Of a DNA stretch of 50,375 bases, positions 23,345-32,546 are shown in pieces (position 1 is the first letter of the stretch; each line of letters opens with the position of its first letter). The stretch is from positions 64,001 through 114,375 of the IMG/VR virus record IMGVR_UViG_3300012352_000310. One strand, written 5' to 3'. Origin of the DNA: a virus. Taxonomy: Duplodnaviria; Heunggongvirae; Uroviricota; Caudoviricetes. The notes beneath the pieces were generated by a model that did no database searches, was not told the DNA's origin, and worked only from the letters and a program-made list of their open reading frames with translations. A program made the translations under genes and the position numbers.

Positions 23345-24818
23345 GGTCTATCTCCAAGATCTTAAATGAGAATTTTTCTTCTGCATAAACTTGTACGCGG
23401 TCCTGAAGATGTCTCAATGTGTGGTTTTTCCAAGACTTCCAGTGTAGATCATCTGCGATATCGAACAGATTGCAGTGTGTCTTACCTTCTTTAAGTCTTA
23501 GTCCTCTACCGATTGATTGCAAGTTACGAATCTTTGACTTACTTGGTGAAGCGAAGATAACGTTCTCAATCGATGGAATATTTATGCCTGTACTGAATAC
23601 ACCATAGGAAGCAACGATGATAGCGTCAGTTTCCTTTTCAGTCAATGCTCTAGCCGATTCACGAACTTCAACATCAGTTCCACCATAGATTAGAAACACT
23701 TTACGGCCTTCAGCAACCTTGCGCTGAATCATTTCATAAAGAGGCTTTCCATGTTTTTCAACAAATTGGAATAGCACTAGAGTGTTACCTTCACAACTAA
23801 CTGCAAGATTACGAATGAACTTGTTTCGTTTGTCATGTGTTACGATGAAGTCCATCTCATCTTGGTAAGCGTTCTTGTTACGAATCTTTCTAGTGATCTC
23901 GTCGTACTTCATCACTAAGCACTTAATCTTCAGATTAGCAACAGAACCTTTTTCCATTAGTTCTTTAGTTGAGATGACTTTGTACACTGGCCCAAACATA
24001 CCTTCCAGTACTAGCTTATGCACTTTCTTGTTATCCAATGTGCCTGTAGTTCCTATACGGTATCTAGCAGTAGACATCTTTTCCATAACAGTTGAAAGAG
24101 ATTTTGCTTTGAATTGGTGAGCTTCATCTCCAAAGATAACATCAAACTGACTGAACCAACTAGCTGGCTGTTTGTAGATTGATTGCCAAGTCGTGATCAG
24201 CACGTCAGCATTGAATTCTTTAGGAAAACCTGAGTACAGCTTTTGGCAATGACGATCAACACGCCATCCGTTTTCAGAAGAATAATCTTTAAAGTCTGCA
24301 TACATCTGCTCAACTAGAGATGTAGTCGGAACAATAAGAATACATTTACGACCTTCTTCAAGGTGGTGTCTCATTGTCGTGTAGATTATTAGACTCTTAC
24401 CAGATGCAGTTGGAGATAGAAGCATCACACGTTCATCTGTAATAGCTTTCTGAATAGCATCCACTTGGTAATCACGAATTTCAATTGGCTGACCACGACC
24501 GTGCAGGTTCAACCAAGCAGCGTAGTCTTCTACTTCTTTGTGTGTTATTGGTGTGGAGTTCTTAACGTCGTTTAGAAATTTAACGTCGTATTCGTTGCGC
24601 TGAGCAAACTCTAAGACATAATTGAGAAGACCTACGTATAATGTCTTGCGATGTAGATCGTACATTCGAATCTTACCATCCCAGATTCTAGCTTTGTATG
24701 CTGGGGTGAATTTAGCTCCTGGCACTTCGAACGTAAAATATTCTGATAGCTCTTGAGCTATTCCAGGTTCACAGTAGATTCGTAGATGTACTTCGTTAAT
24801 CTTCTCAATTGTAATCAT
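23337..24818 (-). CDS. uvsW: UvsW SF2 DNA helicase
   Basis: SPTASGKS, GDEAH, GTTGT, STGINI and QSIGRGLR. Confidence 0.97.
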   Translation of the reverse strand: MITIEKINEVHLRIYCEPGIAQELSEYFTFEVPGAKFTPAYKARIWDGKIRMYDLHRKTLYVGLLNYVLEFAQRNEYDVKFLNDVKNSTPITHKEVEDYAAWLNLHGRGQPIEIRDYQVDAIQKAITDERVMLLSPTASGKSLIIYTTMRHHLEEGRKCILIVPTTSLVEQMYADFKDYSSENGWRVDRHCQKLYSGFPKEFNADVLITTWQSIYKQPASWFSQFDVIFGDEAHQFKAKSLSTVMEKMSTARYRIGTTGTLDNKKVHKLVLEGMFGPVYKVISTKELMEKGSVANLKIKCLVMKYDEITRKIRNKNAYQDEMDFIVTHDKRNKFIRNLAVSCEGNTLVLFQFVEKHGKPLYEMIQRKVAEGRKVFLIYGGTDVEVRESARALTEKETDAIIVASYGVFSTGINIPSIENVIFASPSKSKIRNLQSIGRGLRLKEGKTHCNLFDIADDLHWKSWKNHTLRHLQDRVQVYAEEKFSFKILEIDLE

Positions 24819-25255
24819 TATGCGCCAGCTACAAACTTCTTATATTCGACAGCGTTACGTATCTGCCAATCACGAGACTTAATCTGTCCTAAGATGGACT
24901 CTAAAGCCTCAACCATTACTTTTATATATGCGATTTTAAGATCGATCTTGTTTAGATCGACATCGCCTCCAAGGAATTCTTCCATCTCGTTCTTGAGAGG
25001 TTTTACACCTTGCCACTGTTCCCATGTACGTTCTTTAAGTTCTTCACGAGGCATTTCACCTCTGTAGTATCTGAACTTTGCTTGACGCAGATTGTTATAT
25101 TCTGCTTGGTACGCTGCGATCTTCATCTTATGCTGGATAAGAATGCGCAGGTATTTTGAATGGAGTTTAGCCGTTTGAATAGAAGCTCGATCTAGATGAT
25201 TGTCATCTATGCTGCAATCGACTTCCCACATGTCATGTAATTCTTCAATGTTCAT
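24818..25255 (-). CDS. uvsY: UvsY recombination mediator
   Basis: LHSKYL...YYRG...RDWQIRNAVEY; directly upstream of uvsW. Confidence 0.92.
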   Translation of the reverse strand: MNIEELHDMWEVDCSIDDNHLDRASIQTAKLHSKYLRILIQHKMKIAAYQAEYNNLRQAKFRYYRGEMPREELKERTWEQWQGVKPLKNEMEEFLGGDVDLNKIDLKIAYIKVMVEALESILGQIKSRDWQIRNAVEYKKFVAGA

Positions 25256-25286
25256 AATGAATCCAGTAAATTTGATGTTAGTTTCT

Positions 25287-25315
25287 ATAATACATCAAAC
25301 ATAATAATTTGTACA
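25287..25315 (-). promoter_or_regulatory. sigma70-like promoter for uvsY (TGTACA-N17-TATTAT)
   Basis: Same -35 and spacing; one mismatch in the -10. Confidence 0.65.
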
Positions 25316-25316
25316 C

Positions 25317-25799
25317 TCAAATAAATTTGTAGTTCGTATATCTAAATGTTACGCTGCCAACTAAGTATTGTACATCTGCAGAGGTTGTTTCAAATGTGAT
25401 TCCTTCCAGAGAAACTGGAGTCATGCTAGAAAACTGAATAGTCTGAATTGTTTGGTTGTTAGTATCTAGTACATGTATAAAGCCGTCAGAAAAATAATCT
25501 TCTGCTTTGCTTAGTTCTGGAGTATCAACCATCCAAGAATTTATAGCTTTATAGTTTTCCATTTTAGCATCAATTAGAAACTCGACTGTTAGATCTGAGT
25601 ACTCTAAAATATCGCCTCTTTGATTGATGTTACCGAATGGAGTAGCTTGTAGGCTAGACGAAGCTGTCAACGCTGGAAGATTTACACGTTGACAAAAATA
25701 CGTAAGACCAGGAAGCTTTTGGATCTGAAACATAAATCCACTTGCGTTCAATGGGTTTACATTTTCAGGTACATTTGATGAAAAGTTAAGGACACTCAT
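25317..25799 (-). CDS. 3: gp3-like tail tube terminator / tail completion protein
   Basis: NPLNASGFMFQIQKLP...YFCQRVNLP...FLIDAKMENY...SLEGITF; located after 23. Start trimmed to MSVLNF. Confidence 0.8.
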   Translation of the reverse strand: MSVLNFSSNVPENVNPLNASGFMFQIQKLPGLTYFCQRVNLPALTASSSLQATPFGNINQRGDILEYSDLTVEFLIDAKMENYKAINSWMVDTPELSKAEDYFSDGFIHVLDTNNQTIQTIQFSSMTPVSLEGITFETTSADVQYLVGSVTFRYTNYKFI

Positions 25800-25822
25800 A
25801 GTATACTCCGATTTGTATCTAC

Positions 25823-25830
25823 TATTTATA
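25823..25830 (-). promoter_or_regulatory. late promoter TATAAATA
   Basis: Exact consensus upstream of the gp3-like gene. Confidence 0.8.
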
Positions 25831-25835
25831 GGCGT

Positions 25836-25860
25836 AAAAAAGGACCCCGAAGGGTCCTTT
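25836..25860 (-). terminator. terminator after the major capsid gene (cUUCGg loop)
   Basis: AAAGGACCC-UUCG-GGGUCCUUU plus a U-run. Confidence 0.9.
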
Positions 25861-25888
25861 TGCATCTCAATCACTGAGACCTAATGGA

Positions 25889-27160
25889 TTACATTAGGTT
25901 TGTGACCTTAACCTTACGGTAGTAGATGTTTGCGCCGCTGTTGATAGCAGTGAATGGGTTAGAAACCATGCCGTAGCGAGTCTTGAAACCAATCTTTGGT
26001 TGGAATGTCGCTGGGTCGATAGCACGAACCTTTTCTAGTGGAACGTATGGGCAGTAGAACATACCTGCATCGAATGCAGATGTACCCTTGTAGCCAACAA
26101 CGAAGAACTGGCTTGTAGACTGGTTTGCGCTGTATGGATCAACATAAACCTTGTACTTGCCGTTTAGAACACCAGCGAATGTGGTGCTTGCTTCGTCAAC
26201 GTTTAGACCAGTGCTTAGAGCTGGAGCGTAGTCTAGAACACCTGCCATAGCTAGTGCGGATGCAACATCGCTAGAACAGATGATGAAGTTACCACGGCCA
26301 CGACGTGTTGTCTGAGCGATGGCGTTAGCTTCACGTTCGATTTGGAACAGAAGACCCTTGAACTTCTCAACAGACCAACGGCCGTTAGAGTCAACGTCCA
26401 AGTCGAAAGTACCAGCAGTAGCTGTACCGTATTCAGCACCAGTCTTTGCAGACTTGTAAACTGTACGAACAACTTCGCGGTTGATTTCGTTCAAGATTTC
26501 TTGAGTTAGGATGTTGCTTAGTTCGCCTTCAGCGTTTAGACCATGAACAGATTGCAAGTCTTGTGCAAGTTCAGTGGTGTACTCTGCCTTCAATGCACGT
26601 GTTTGTGCAGTGACGGTAGTCTTTTCAATGCTGAATGCCATTTGACCGAACGCAACACCAGCACCTAGGTCTTCTGCATCAGCAGTAGACATACCAGTAC
26701 CGTTTGTGTAAGTGCCGTCAACTGGGTTAGAACCAGCGTGTGTGCCTGTACCAGCGAAGTCAGTGTCTGCTTCGTTGAATAGAGCTTCAGTACCAGCTTG
26801 AGTAGCGTACTTGCTCTTCATAGCGAAGATCAAACCTGTTGGTTGTGTCATTGGCTGAACACCGCAGATGTCATAAGCGATCATCTGTGGAGCTGCACGG
26901 CGAACTAGGGAGATTAGAACTGGGTCGTAACCGGCCATGTTTGCGTTTGTACCAGCGCCACCAAGTGCTAGACCTGTGCCACCAGCGTTAGCAATTGGAG
27001 TTGCTTCAGCTAGGAACTGATCAGCCTTGATCATTTCGCGTTCTTGGTTTTCTAGTAGAACTGCGGTAACTTCCTTACGGTAGTTATCCTTGATTTCTGG
27101 AGCGCCTGCGGCTTCCAGAATTGGTTGCCACTTCTTTAGTAGATCTTGACGAGTAGTCAT
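25889..27160 (-). CDS. 23: major capsid protein gp23
   Basis: LLENQE, YDPVLISLVRR, GVQPMTQPTGLIFAM, RALKAEYT and YCPYVPL. Confidence 0.98.
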   Translation of the reverse strand: MTTRQDLLKKWQPILEAAGAPEIKDNYRKEVTAVLLENQEREMIKADQFLAEATPIANAGGTGLALGGAGTNANMAGYDPVLISLVRRAAPQMIAYDICGVQPMTQPTGLIFAMKSKYATQAGTEALFNEADTDFAGTGTHAGSNPVDGTYTNGTGMSTADAEDLGAGVAFGQMAFSIEKTTVTAQTRALKAEYTTELAQDLQSVHGLNAEGELSNILTQEILNEINREVVRTVYKSAKTGAEYGTATAGTFDLDVDSNGRWSVEKFKGLLFQIEREANAIAQTTRRGRGNFIICSSDVASALAMAGVLDYAPALSTGLNVDEASTTFAGVLNGKYKVYVDPYSANQSTSQFFVVGYKGTSAFDAGMFYCPYVPLEKVRAIDPATFQPKIGFKTRYGMVSNPFTAINSGANIYYRKVKVTNLM

Positions 27161-27187
27161 TTTATTTCCTTTTTGTCGTTAAATGGA

Positions 27188-28069
27188 TTATTTCACACCG
27201 TTGAAAGCGCGAAGATAACGTGCCATAGTTGGGTTTACGGTAGCTTCTTCTGTTAGTTGAACTGGTTCATCAGTTACAACTGGCTTAACAGATTCAACAA
27301 CGGTTTGTTGCTTCTTACCAAAATAATTTTCTTTGATAGTCTGAAGTTTCTCTTTGAATGATGCGACATCTTCGAATGCTAGTTCTTCTGCAAGAGCATT
27401 GAACTTATCAGCGTCAGTGTCGACCATACCAGCTGCAAACTCACCGATCGCAGCAGTACGCTTCATTTCATTGATTTCCTTAGTCAAGGCAACGTTAGCT
27501 TCTAATTGCTCGTTAAGCTTAGACTCAGTGGTCTCAACTTGTTCTTGCAATTCGCCTAGAACGTCAAACTTTTCTTCTGGAACATCGATGTAATGTTGCT
27601 CAAACAATCCCTTCATGCCTTTTACAAAGCTTTCTAGGATTTCATTCTTCATACCATTTTCAAGGGCAAGCTCATTATCACTCATCCACTGCTCAACTAC
27701 GTAGTTGAGGTATCCATCAACTTTTTCAACCAGACCCTCTTTGATTGTTTCAACTTCTTCTTGAAGTCGATTATCAAACTCTTCTTCGAGCTTAGCTACT
27801 TCAGCCTTTACTCGAGTAACTACAGCTGCTTCAAAGATTGTAGCAGCTTTAGTCTTAAATTCTTCGCTTAGTTCTTCGCCATTGACTAGAGCAGCAACGT
27901 CGTCTGTTACGTCGACAGTTAGCTCTTCTTTGACTTCTTTAGAAACTTCTTCAGAAACTTGTTCTTCTGTAATTTCTTCTTCTGTGACGACAACTTGTTC
28001 GTCAGTCTGTTCTTCTTGAAGCTTCTTAGATTCTTCTAGAAGTTCAGCAATCTTTTTATCGATAGACAT
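27188..28069 (-). CDS. 22: prohead core scaffold gp22
   Basis: Glu-rich coiled coil, LSEEFKTKAATIFEAAV and VDGYLNYVVEQW. Confidence 0.93.
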   Translation of the reverse strand: MSIDKKIAELLEESKKLQEEQTDEQVVVTEEEITEEQVSEEVSKEVKEELTVDVTDDVAALVNGEELSEEFKTKAATIFEAAVVTRVKAEVAKLEEEFDNRLQEEVETIKEGLVEKVDGYLNYVVEQWMSDNELALENGMKNEILESFVKGMKGLFEQHYIDVPEEKFDVLGELQEQVETTESKLNEQLEANVALTKEINEMKRTAAIGEFAAGMVDTDADKFNALAEELAFEDVASFKEKLQTIKENYFGKKQQTVVESVKPVVTDEPVQLTEEATVNPTMARYLRAFNGVK

Positions 28070-28094
28070 CGTTAATCTCCTATAACTGATAAGT

Positions 28095-28109
28095 TATTTA
28101 TTATTTATT
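28095..28109 (-). promoter_or_regulatory. tandem late-promoter-like AATAAATA boxes upstream of 22
   Basis: Two overlapping copies, each one mismatch from TATAAATA. Confidence 0.45.
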
Positions 28110-28761
28110 ACTTGATGGAATTCAGAAAATTCTGAAATGCGTGAATAGAAGCTTCGGTCAATCTCTTTGTAGGAGCTGCCTGAATAATCTTCTTAGTTTG
28201 CTCAATCTGTCTCTGTTCAAAACGCCCATCAACAAAAATCCATTCTGCAGATTCCATAATGCCTCTTACGAAAGCGTCTGGTGCTGAAGGATCCGCAACG
28301 ATATCTGCCGCGGTAGAAAGCATAAAGTCATCTTGGACAACTTGAACGCCTTCTTTGTTCATTTTTAGAGAACCTAGTGCTCGAGAAGATACGCCAAGTT
28401 GAGCGCCGCCGTCAAGTAGACCTTTGGCGATCTTACCCATAGGTGTATCCATAATCTTTGCTTTGCCGACATAGTTAGTGCCTTCTTTACGAAGATCAGT
28501 GATTAGGTGAGATACACGGTCTAAGTTAATAGATGGAGTATCTGGGTGACCTAGTTCACCGTAAGCACGATTTTTGGCGACATAGTTTTCCATATAGCGC
28601 TTTACTTCTTTGTCCATTACAGACTCAGTGTACATACGGCCATTACGGTTAACACATTCTGATTGAAGAAAAATTCCTTCAATGAAATATTCTTTACCCT
28701 TGCCGAGTTTTTCCTCAACAATGTAACTAGTCTGTTCGAAGACTTCTTTGATCAGCTTCAT
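28108..28761 (-). CDS. 21: prohead protease gp21
   Basis: NRNGRMY, GELGHP, LGVSSRALGS and DIVADPSAPDAFV. Confidence 0.96.
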   Translation of the reverse strand: MKLIKEVFEQTSYIVEEKLGKGKEYFIEGIFLQSECVNRNGRMYTESVMDKEVKRYMENYVAKNRAYGELGHPDTPSINLDRVSHLITDLRKEGTNYVGKAKIMDTPMGKIAKGLLDGGAQLGVSSRALGSLKMNKEGVQVVQDDFMLSTAADIVADPSAPDAFVRGIMESAEWIFVDGRFEQRQIEQTKKIIQAAPTKRLTEASIHAFQNFLNSIK

Positions 28762-28774
28762 TTCTTATTCCTTA

Positions 28775-29203
28775 TTATGAGCCAACTACGGCAGGGTTAT
28801 CGTACTGGCCATAGATTGAAGGTTCTGATCCAGATGTATAACCTGAATTCTTCTTCAGACGGATGTACAATTCTGCAGCAGTTCCTGTTATTGTAACTAC
28901 AATATCTTGATCATCTTGAATGCTGTCAGGAATCATAGTCTGACCATTCATTTCTAAAGCTCCAGCAGCGCCACAGTTTAGAGTCAAGATAGTTACAGCA
29001 TTACGAGCAATAGTAACTACAGCATCTGCTGTGCCAGTCCATTGAACGCCAGCAATAGAAACTCGCTGTGTCGCACCAGCAACTACTTCATTTGTCTTCT
29101 TTAGATCTGTTTGCAGATCAATTGTTGCAGAACCTGCGTCGCCAGCCACTTTGACTACGGCGTCTCTTTCTGCAAGTTTTAGTACGGTCTTTGTGACGGC
29201 CAT
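28775..29203 (-). CDS. hypothetical head-cluster protein
   Basis: 142-aa beta-rich ORF between the core genes and 21. Confidence 0.7.
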   Translation of the reverse strand: MAVTKTVLKLAERDAVVKVAGDAGSATIDLQTDLKKTNEVVAGATQRVSIAGVQWTGTADAVVTIARNAVTILTLNCGAAGALEMNGQTMIPDSIQDDQDIVVTITGTAAELYIRLKKNSGYTSGSEPSIYGQYDNPAVVGS

Positions 29204-29212
29204 ATTGGTTCC

Positions 29213-29755
29213 TTAACTTAATTCTCTGAGTACATGCATGAAGTTATCTTTCGATTCTCTCATGTACTCTACTAATTGATATTTATCTTCTAGAATAGTG
29301 TTCAACTCTTGTTGTGTCTCTTCAGAGATTGCTACAATTGAACCATCGTCTAACATGTAATCAATCTTATTTTCAACTGTAGAGTTGAAGGAATTGAATG
29401 CTCTGATACCAGATACTACAGGGTCGATACTAAAAGTTTTAGATGAAGCTAATTCTATATATGATTCGATTAGACTGTTTGTAACTTTAACGTCATGGTG
29501 TTCTCTAATTAGAGCTGCAACTTTGACGTCTGGGATATCTTCGTATAGTTCTTTAGCGATTTCTTCTTCAAATTTAATCTGATGAATATATTGCTTAGCT
29601 TCTTCAATACTAGTCAATTGTGTTTCTTTGCCATTCACCAATACTCTGCCATCTTCAGTTTGTACAAGAGACTCTCCAAGGAATATTTCTTCAGCAACAA
29701 CTGAAGATCCATAGAGATCTTTCTTAAGGCGTTTAGTGAACTGTGAAAATCTCAT
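29213..29755 (-). CDS. putative prohead core protein (gp68 position)
   Basis: Synteny 20-67-68-21; acidic and helical. Confidence 0.5.
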   Translation of the reverse strand: MRFSQFTKRLKKDLYGSSVVAEEIFLGESLVQTEDGRVLVNGKETQLTSIEEAKQYIHQIKFEEEIAKELYEDIPDVKVAALIREHHDVKVTNSLIESYIELASSKTFSIDPVVSGIRAFNSFNSTVENKIDYMLDDGSIVAISEETQQELNTILEDKYQLVEYMRESKDNFMHVLRELS

Positions 29756-29760
29756 AACTG

Positions 29761-30000
29761 TTACGCTGCGTCTTCTCCAAGATCGGAGACCTTCTTCGTG
29801 TCTTTGCGTGGTTTCTTGGAATCCGAGTCACAAGACTCTTCAATCTCTTCTGTAGCATTAGCAAACATGCTCTGTGCTACTTCTTGACGCTTGGCGTCAA
29901 CCTGAATAGAAATTTTCTCTGCCATAGTGTCATTAAAAGCTGTTTCAATTTCAACAGCATCACCGGCAATAATTGCGTTCAATAGATCTTTAGTGCTCAT
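29761..30000 (-). CDS. gp67-like prohead core protein, paralog B
   Basis: MSTKDLLNAIIAGDAVEIETAFNDTMAEKI...VAQSMF aligns by eye with paralog A. Start at 30000 after a GGAG SD. Confidence 0.6.
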   Translation of the reverse strand: MSTKDLLNAIIAGDAVEIETAFNDTMAEKISIQVDAKRQEVAQSMFANATEEIEESCDSDSKKPRKDTKKVSDLGEDAA

Positions 30001-30001
30001 A

Positions 30002-30307
30002 TTATTCTCCGCGCTTGTTTGCATAGTAGGCAGCTAGTGCCATCTGCTTGCGCTTTTCTTTAGACTTTCCCGCAAATTTAGGATTGTCAGAGTTGATAAA
30101 ATCAGAGATCCAGTCGCCTGCAGTAGCGTCTTTAGACAATACTTCTTGAATCTGTTCATCAATAGATTTGAACATATTCTGAGCTACGGACTCTTTCATA
30201 GTAGATAGTTTTTCAGCAATCTTTGCTGACATAACATCGTTAAACTTTTCTTGGATACCTTTGGCATCACCAGAGATAATTGCATCAATTAGTTGGTTTG
30301 TGGCCAT
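30002..30307 (-). CDS. gp67-like prohead core protein, paralog A
   Basis: MATNQLIDAIISGDAKGIQEKFNDVMSAKI...VAQNMF, with a C-terminal WISDFINSDNPKFAGKSKEKRKQMALAAYY segment; follows the portal gene. Confidence 0.6.
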   Translation of the reverse strand: MATNQLIDAIISGDAKGIQEKFNDVMSAKIAEKLSTMKESVAQNMFKSIDEQIQEVLSKDATAGDWISDFINSDNPKFAGKSKEKRKQMALAAYYANKRGE

Positions 30308-31881
30308 TGTGGTTCTCCTTGTTCATTATCAGTTTGATCTTGAGCACCAGTCTGATCTACACTTTGATCTTGCAACTGGGCTTGCTGAGTGGCTTGTACT
30401 CTGCCTTGGTGTTCAGCTATCTCTATTTCTTTTTCACGATCTAGAAGTTTTTGTTTTTCAATGTTTTCAATGTCTTCATCGCTCATCTTCAAAACGTTTC
30501 GTTTTACCCATTCAATAGAGTAATACTTACCTACAAACTGATCAATCATTTGTAGTTGATTCAAACGTCCTTGAAGAATTTCGCTTTCTTTTAGTTCTGC
30601 AAAATAGTTATCGCGCAGAAAATCGAAGCGGATATCATCTTTCATATCATCCCAGTCGTCTGGGTTGATAATGCCTTTAGCAATCAGTTGTATTCTTAGA
30701 GCATCAATGAATAGAACTGTGAATTTTTTACGTAGACGACTAACAAACTTAGAGAACTTAACCTCGTCACGTGTAATTTCTGAAGATCTGCCAAGGTTAA
30801 AACCTTGATCTGACTTCAAACGAGACAACGGAACGTTAAGTGATTGATATAACTTATTTTGAAAGTATTGGATGTCTTCAATCTGACCTAGGTTTGCACC
30901 ACCTGGTAGAGTTGTGATTTCTGTACCTTTACCGCCTTCACGACGTGGCATCCAAAAATCTTCAAGCATAGACATATGCTTGCGATCATCACGAACTTCG
31001 CCTGTTGTTGCGTCATATACAACTTTATTGCGGAAGCGGTTCATGATGTCGTTGACGTATTGTTCTGCCTTTATCTTTGGCAGGTTACCAACGTCAACAT
31101 AGAATATTCTGCGCTCTGGGGCGCGACTGATACGATAGATGACAACAGCATCTTCGATCATCTTTAATTGGTTCACAGGCTTGATAGCCTTGTGTAAGTG
31201 CGATAGCATCATTCCAGTATTAGAATCAACTAAACCGGATGGGACATAGATCACCGAATCTACTGAGAGTTTAATACCCTGAGCAGTTTGCTCGGTGATA
31301 CCTTTATCGTTGAACAGATAGTATTCTTCGATTCCCTTAACTACTTCAGCACCATTCTTTGTCTTTTCCTTGATAAGATTCTTGATCTTACGAATCTTTC
31401 TAGGGTCAATAGCACGAAGTTCTACAATACCTTGACTGACGTTATTCTCATCAATCATGATATGATAGTACAAACGACCATCAACATACCAAGTTCTGAA
31501 GATGTCATGTCCTCTATCAGAGAACTGTAACTTCTTCAGAACGGTATTAAATTCATCACGAATTTTCTTCTTAGTAGACTCAGATAATTTCAAATCATCT
31601 AAAATGATTTCAACTGATTTCTTATCGTCTTCAGAGACAAGCACTTCGTTGACAATATCTTCAACTGCGCTATCGCAATCGGAGTATCGAGAGATTTCAC
31701 GATAACGACGAATAAGATCGTTCTCGTTCTTAATAGTTCCCTCAATGTCAAGAACTTGACCATAATAAGCACCAGCATTAACTGACGATACAATTGTACT
31801 GCCGTCGTCTGGCGATGGCGAAACCACAGACTGCACTTCTGCAGTCTGTTTACGCTTAATTTCAATACCGAAGATTTGCAT
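30289..31881 (-). CDS. 20: portal protein gp20
   Basis: WYVDGRLYYH, IYRISRAPERRIFYVDVGNLP and EDFWMPRREGGKGTEITTLPGG. Confidence 0.98.
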   Translation of the reverse strand: MQIFGIEIKRKQTAEVQSVVSPSPDDGSTIVSSVNAGAYYGQVLDIEGTIKNENDLIRRYREISRYSDCDSAVEDIVNEVLVSEDDKKSVEIILDDLKLSESTKKKIRDEFNTVLKKLQFSDRGHDIFRTWYVDGRLYYHIMIDENNVSQGIVELRAIDPRKIRKIKNLIKEKTKNGAEVVKGIEEYYLFNDKGITEQTAQGIKLSVDSVIYVPSGLVDSNTGMMLSHLHKAIKPVNQLKMIEDAVVIYRISRAPERRIFYVDVGNLPKIKAEQYVNDIMNRFRNKVVYDATTGEVRDDRKHMSMLEDFWMPRREGGKGTEITTLPGGANLGQIEDIQYFQNKLYQSLNVPLSRLKSDQGFNLGRSSEITRDEVKFSKFVSRLRKKFTVLFIDALRIQLIAKGIINPDDWDDMKDDIRFDFLRDNYFAELKESEILQGRLNQLQMIDQFVGKYYSIEWVKRNVLKMSDEDIENIEKQKLLDREKEIEIAEHQGRVQATQQAQLQDQSVDQTGAQDQTDNEQGEPQWPQTN

Positions 31882-31897
31882 TATCTATAGATCCCTA

Positions 31898-32482
31898 TTA
31901 TAGAGAGATGTTACCAAGTGGGGTAGAAATACCGAAACCAGAACCAGAGCCTGATGTAACACCAGACGATTCCCAATAGTTATACTGGAATGTTACGTCG
32001 AAAGTTTCGATTTGGTTACCTGCTTCGTAGTCAAGTGCAATTGGACCGACTTCGATTGGATAAGCGTCGATGAACTTGTATGACTTAACAACACCACCAT
32101 TGCGATCAAGTTGGTTGACATTTAGGTCAGCTTGATAGTCAAGTGGGTTTGTAATACCATTAGTAGTAGACAAGTTTTGGATACCGTTGGACCATGTCTC
32201 TAGAGCGTTACGAACTGCAAAGTCCACGTCGTTATAGATTGTGATTGTCCAAGGTTGGAATGAGCGCTCGCCAGCAAAATTTACTGGACGACCACGATAT
32301 TGTACTGCGATGTTTTCAACGGTAGATGCTGGTAGCTGAGCTGCTTTGCACAAGAACATAGTCTTGAGACCAACGATTGCACCGGTGCTAACAAACGATG
32401 GGAAACCTAATTCAACTCTGAACTGGTTAGGGCGAGCACCGCCACCAGTCATCATTGCCTTAAATTCGGAAATGTTTGCCAT
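31898..32482 (-). CDS. 19: tail tube protein gp19
   Basis: GGARPNQF, LCKAAQLP, AGERSFQPWTITIYND and FDVTFQYNYW. Confidence 0.95.
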   Translation of the reverse strand: MANISEFKAMMTGGGARPNQFRVELGFPSFVSTGAIVGLKTMFLCKAAQLPASTVENIAVQYRGRPVNFAGERSFQPWTITIYNDVDFAVRNALETWSNGIQNLSTTNGITNPLDYQADLNVNQLDRNGGVVKSYKFIDAYPIEVGPIALDYEAGNQIETFDVTFQYNYWESSGVTSGSGSGFGISTPLGNISL

Positions 32483-32504
32483 TTAATGTTCTCCTCTTTG
32501 GAAA

Positions 32505-32512
32505 TATTTATG
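32505..32512 (-). promoter_or_regulatory. late-promoter-like CATAAATA upstream of 19
   Basis: One mismatch to consensus; lies directly after a terminator. Confidence 0.55.
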
Positions 32513-32516
32513 TAAC

Positions 32517-32543
32517 AAAAAAGTAGAGGTTTCCCTCTACTTT
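32517..32543 (-). terminator. terminator after gene 18 (GAAA loop)
   Basis: AAAGUAGAGG-GAAA-CCUCUACUUU plus a U-run. Confidence 0.88.
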
Positions 32544-32546
32544 CTG

